A stretch of 64,000 nt of DNA from Gonapodya sp. JEL0774. Taxonomy: Eukaryota. The notes under the pieces are model-generated. The model did no database searches and had not been told where the DNA came from. It worked only from the letters and a program-made list of their open reading frames with translations. Made by a program: the position numbers and the translations under genes. The stretch lies in assembly GCA_027604505.1 (NCBI GenBank), contig JADIIX010000064.1, positions 62,001 to 126,000 on the forward strand, read 5' to 3'. The first letter of the stretch is position 1; every line of letters begins with the position of its first letter. Positions 62,604 to 64,000 of the stretch are shown here, piece after piece.

Positions 62604-62849
62604 GTTTGTGAGAGAGTTGATGGATGAATGGGGAATCTGTTGATCGGGTGCGGACCAGATGCCGTCCTCACTCCCGTGCGGCCACAGCGCACCACATCCG
62701 GCCAGCACACAATAAATTGAATTCACAACGATACAACCAACCGACAAACACACTTGAATTCACCACACTCTAAAGCCTCGATAAAACCCCCCGTTGCCCG
62801 TTACCCATTTCCAGCCACACACCCCTCCCGCCCCCACCCCCCCCCCCCG

Positions 62850-64000
62850 TCACAGTCTCCCCTCCGCGGGGACCCACGCCTCCGGCGCCACCGACGCCGC
62901 CAAGTTGCACTGGTGCATGATGCGGAGATCTTCTGGCGCATCGAAGGACAGATCGGATGTGACCGAGTGCCACATGGTCTGGTTTGGACGAGACATGGAA
63001 CGCCAAACAAAAGTGGGCCCCCGTGGAGAGAGAGCGGGTTGGAAAGTCGGAATCCCAAAATATGTACATAACGAGACGGGCGATGGAATCACGGGATATA
63101 TGCATGGGTTGTGGTGTGAGTGAGTAGGCCGCCACATCACACCAGACCACGGTGCCGAACCCCCCCCCCCCCGCCCTTCCTACCCACCCAATTATCCCAC
63201 ACCAGCACGTCCCCCTTCCTAGCCCTGACCGCCAAGACAAACTCCTTCGCGATAGCCGGTCTCATGATCTCCTCTGCCCTTTTCCGCACGGCCACGAGGT
63301 CGTCCAAGACCGTCACGGACCCGTCGGGTTCGGTCGTGTGAAAGGCCCGCAGGCAAATGCCGTGGAGTTGCAGGGACGGACGGTGTGTGAGAGGGTTGGA
63401 CCAGACCTGGGGTTCGGGGGGTAACCGGTGAGTGGTATCTTGGCTTGATGCACCACGAAACACAGCCCCATCGGCCCCCGCCCCCTCGCCCCACCCACCA
63501 AGGGCAAGACCAAGCACTTGCTCTCCTCCCACTCGGGCAACTCCTCGTACGGGGTTTCCTTCCCCTCGCTCACCAGCACCAACCCGTGTGATTTGGCGCG
63601 GCAGTTTTCCACCCACTGGTAGGCGTGCGGGGGGTCTTTTGTGATCGCGGGGGCACGGGAGGTTTTGGGTTTGGTTTGGTTTGGTTTGGTTTGATTTGGT
63701 TGGGTTTGGTGGGTGGATTGTGGAACAAGAGGGCGGCGAGGTGAGTTGAGATGTGGAGACACCACACCGACACCGCGGGTCGCGTCGCGCCAAGGGTCAG
63801 GGTCACCCACACGCCACTTTTGTCCGCAACGCCCAGGCTTTGAGGTGGTCTGGGAGGATGGAGAATGCGGTGTATCCACTGACGACTGGGGTGGGGTATG
63901 GTGAGGTGGGTGCGTGTGAGGGGGAAGGGGGAGGAGGACACATGGTGAGGTGGGTGAGCGGGGAATGCGGAAACGGGGATGCGACAGGGGAGGTCACGGT
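62850..64000 (-). CDS. TauD/TfdA-family Fe(II)/2-oxoglutarate dioxygenase, XanA (xanthine dioxygenase)-like; 5' part outside the window
   Basis: VSGYTAF, YPPHAYQW, GLVLVSEGKE...LPEWEE, WSNPLT..SLQLH, MRPAI, GDVLVWDN..MWHSVT, RIMHQCNLAAS. Confidence 0.8.
63661..63712. repeat. (TTTGG)n pentanucleotide microsatellite inside an intron of the dioxygenase gene
   Basis: About 10 imperfect GGTTT units are directly visible. Confidence 0.85.

Noticed and set aside
63661..63712. TTTGG array as a telomere or CRISPR-like repeat
   Set aside because: Short, imperfect, intronic and without spacers; an ordinary microsatellite.

Overview
Gene-dense, intron-rich eukaryotic DNA (GT-AG introns mostly ~40-120 nt, a few GC-AG, many AAG/GAG acceptors). 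It is most consistent with a zoosporic, chytrid-grade fungus: fungal-type TOK channel, Nma111, HAD_SAK and XanA-like genes occur alongside the axonemal protein enkurin. The ORF track is fragmented by introns, so I rebuilt the gene models by hand from splice signals and protein motifs; boundaries are my reconstruction and no database search was run. About 23 genes: two TmcB-like multi-pass paralogs, adenine deaminase, a CorA-like protein, YbjQ, an ACSF3-like acyl-CoA synthetase, a hypothetical, two CAP/PR-1 genes (one with an internally duplicated CAP domain), RecQ1-like helicase, RNase Z, TOK K+ channel, HAD_SAK, Atp11, Cdc48, DUF4336, Sec14/CRAL-TRIO, enkurin, Bet3, Nma111, a HIT hydrolase, peroxisomal dienoyl-CoA isomerase, a proteobacterial-type FabI, DUF1349 and a XanA-like dioxygenase. 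Most notable are the intron-containing bacterial FabI (with an apparent -1 frameshift in a G run), the CAP domain duplication with conserved 11-nt microexons, a 6-nt HIT microexon, a CorA-like protein lacking GMN, and a splice-dependent Cdc48 HbYX tail. I found no tRNA, rRNA, CRISPR array or intact mobile element.
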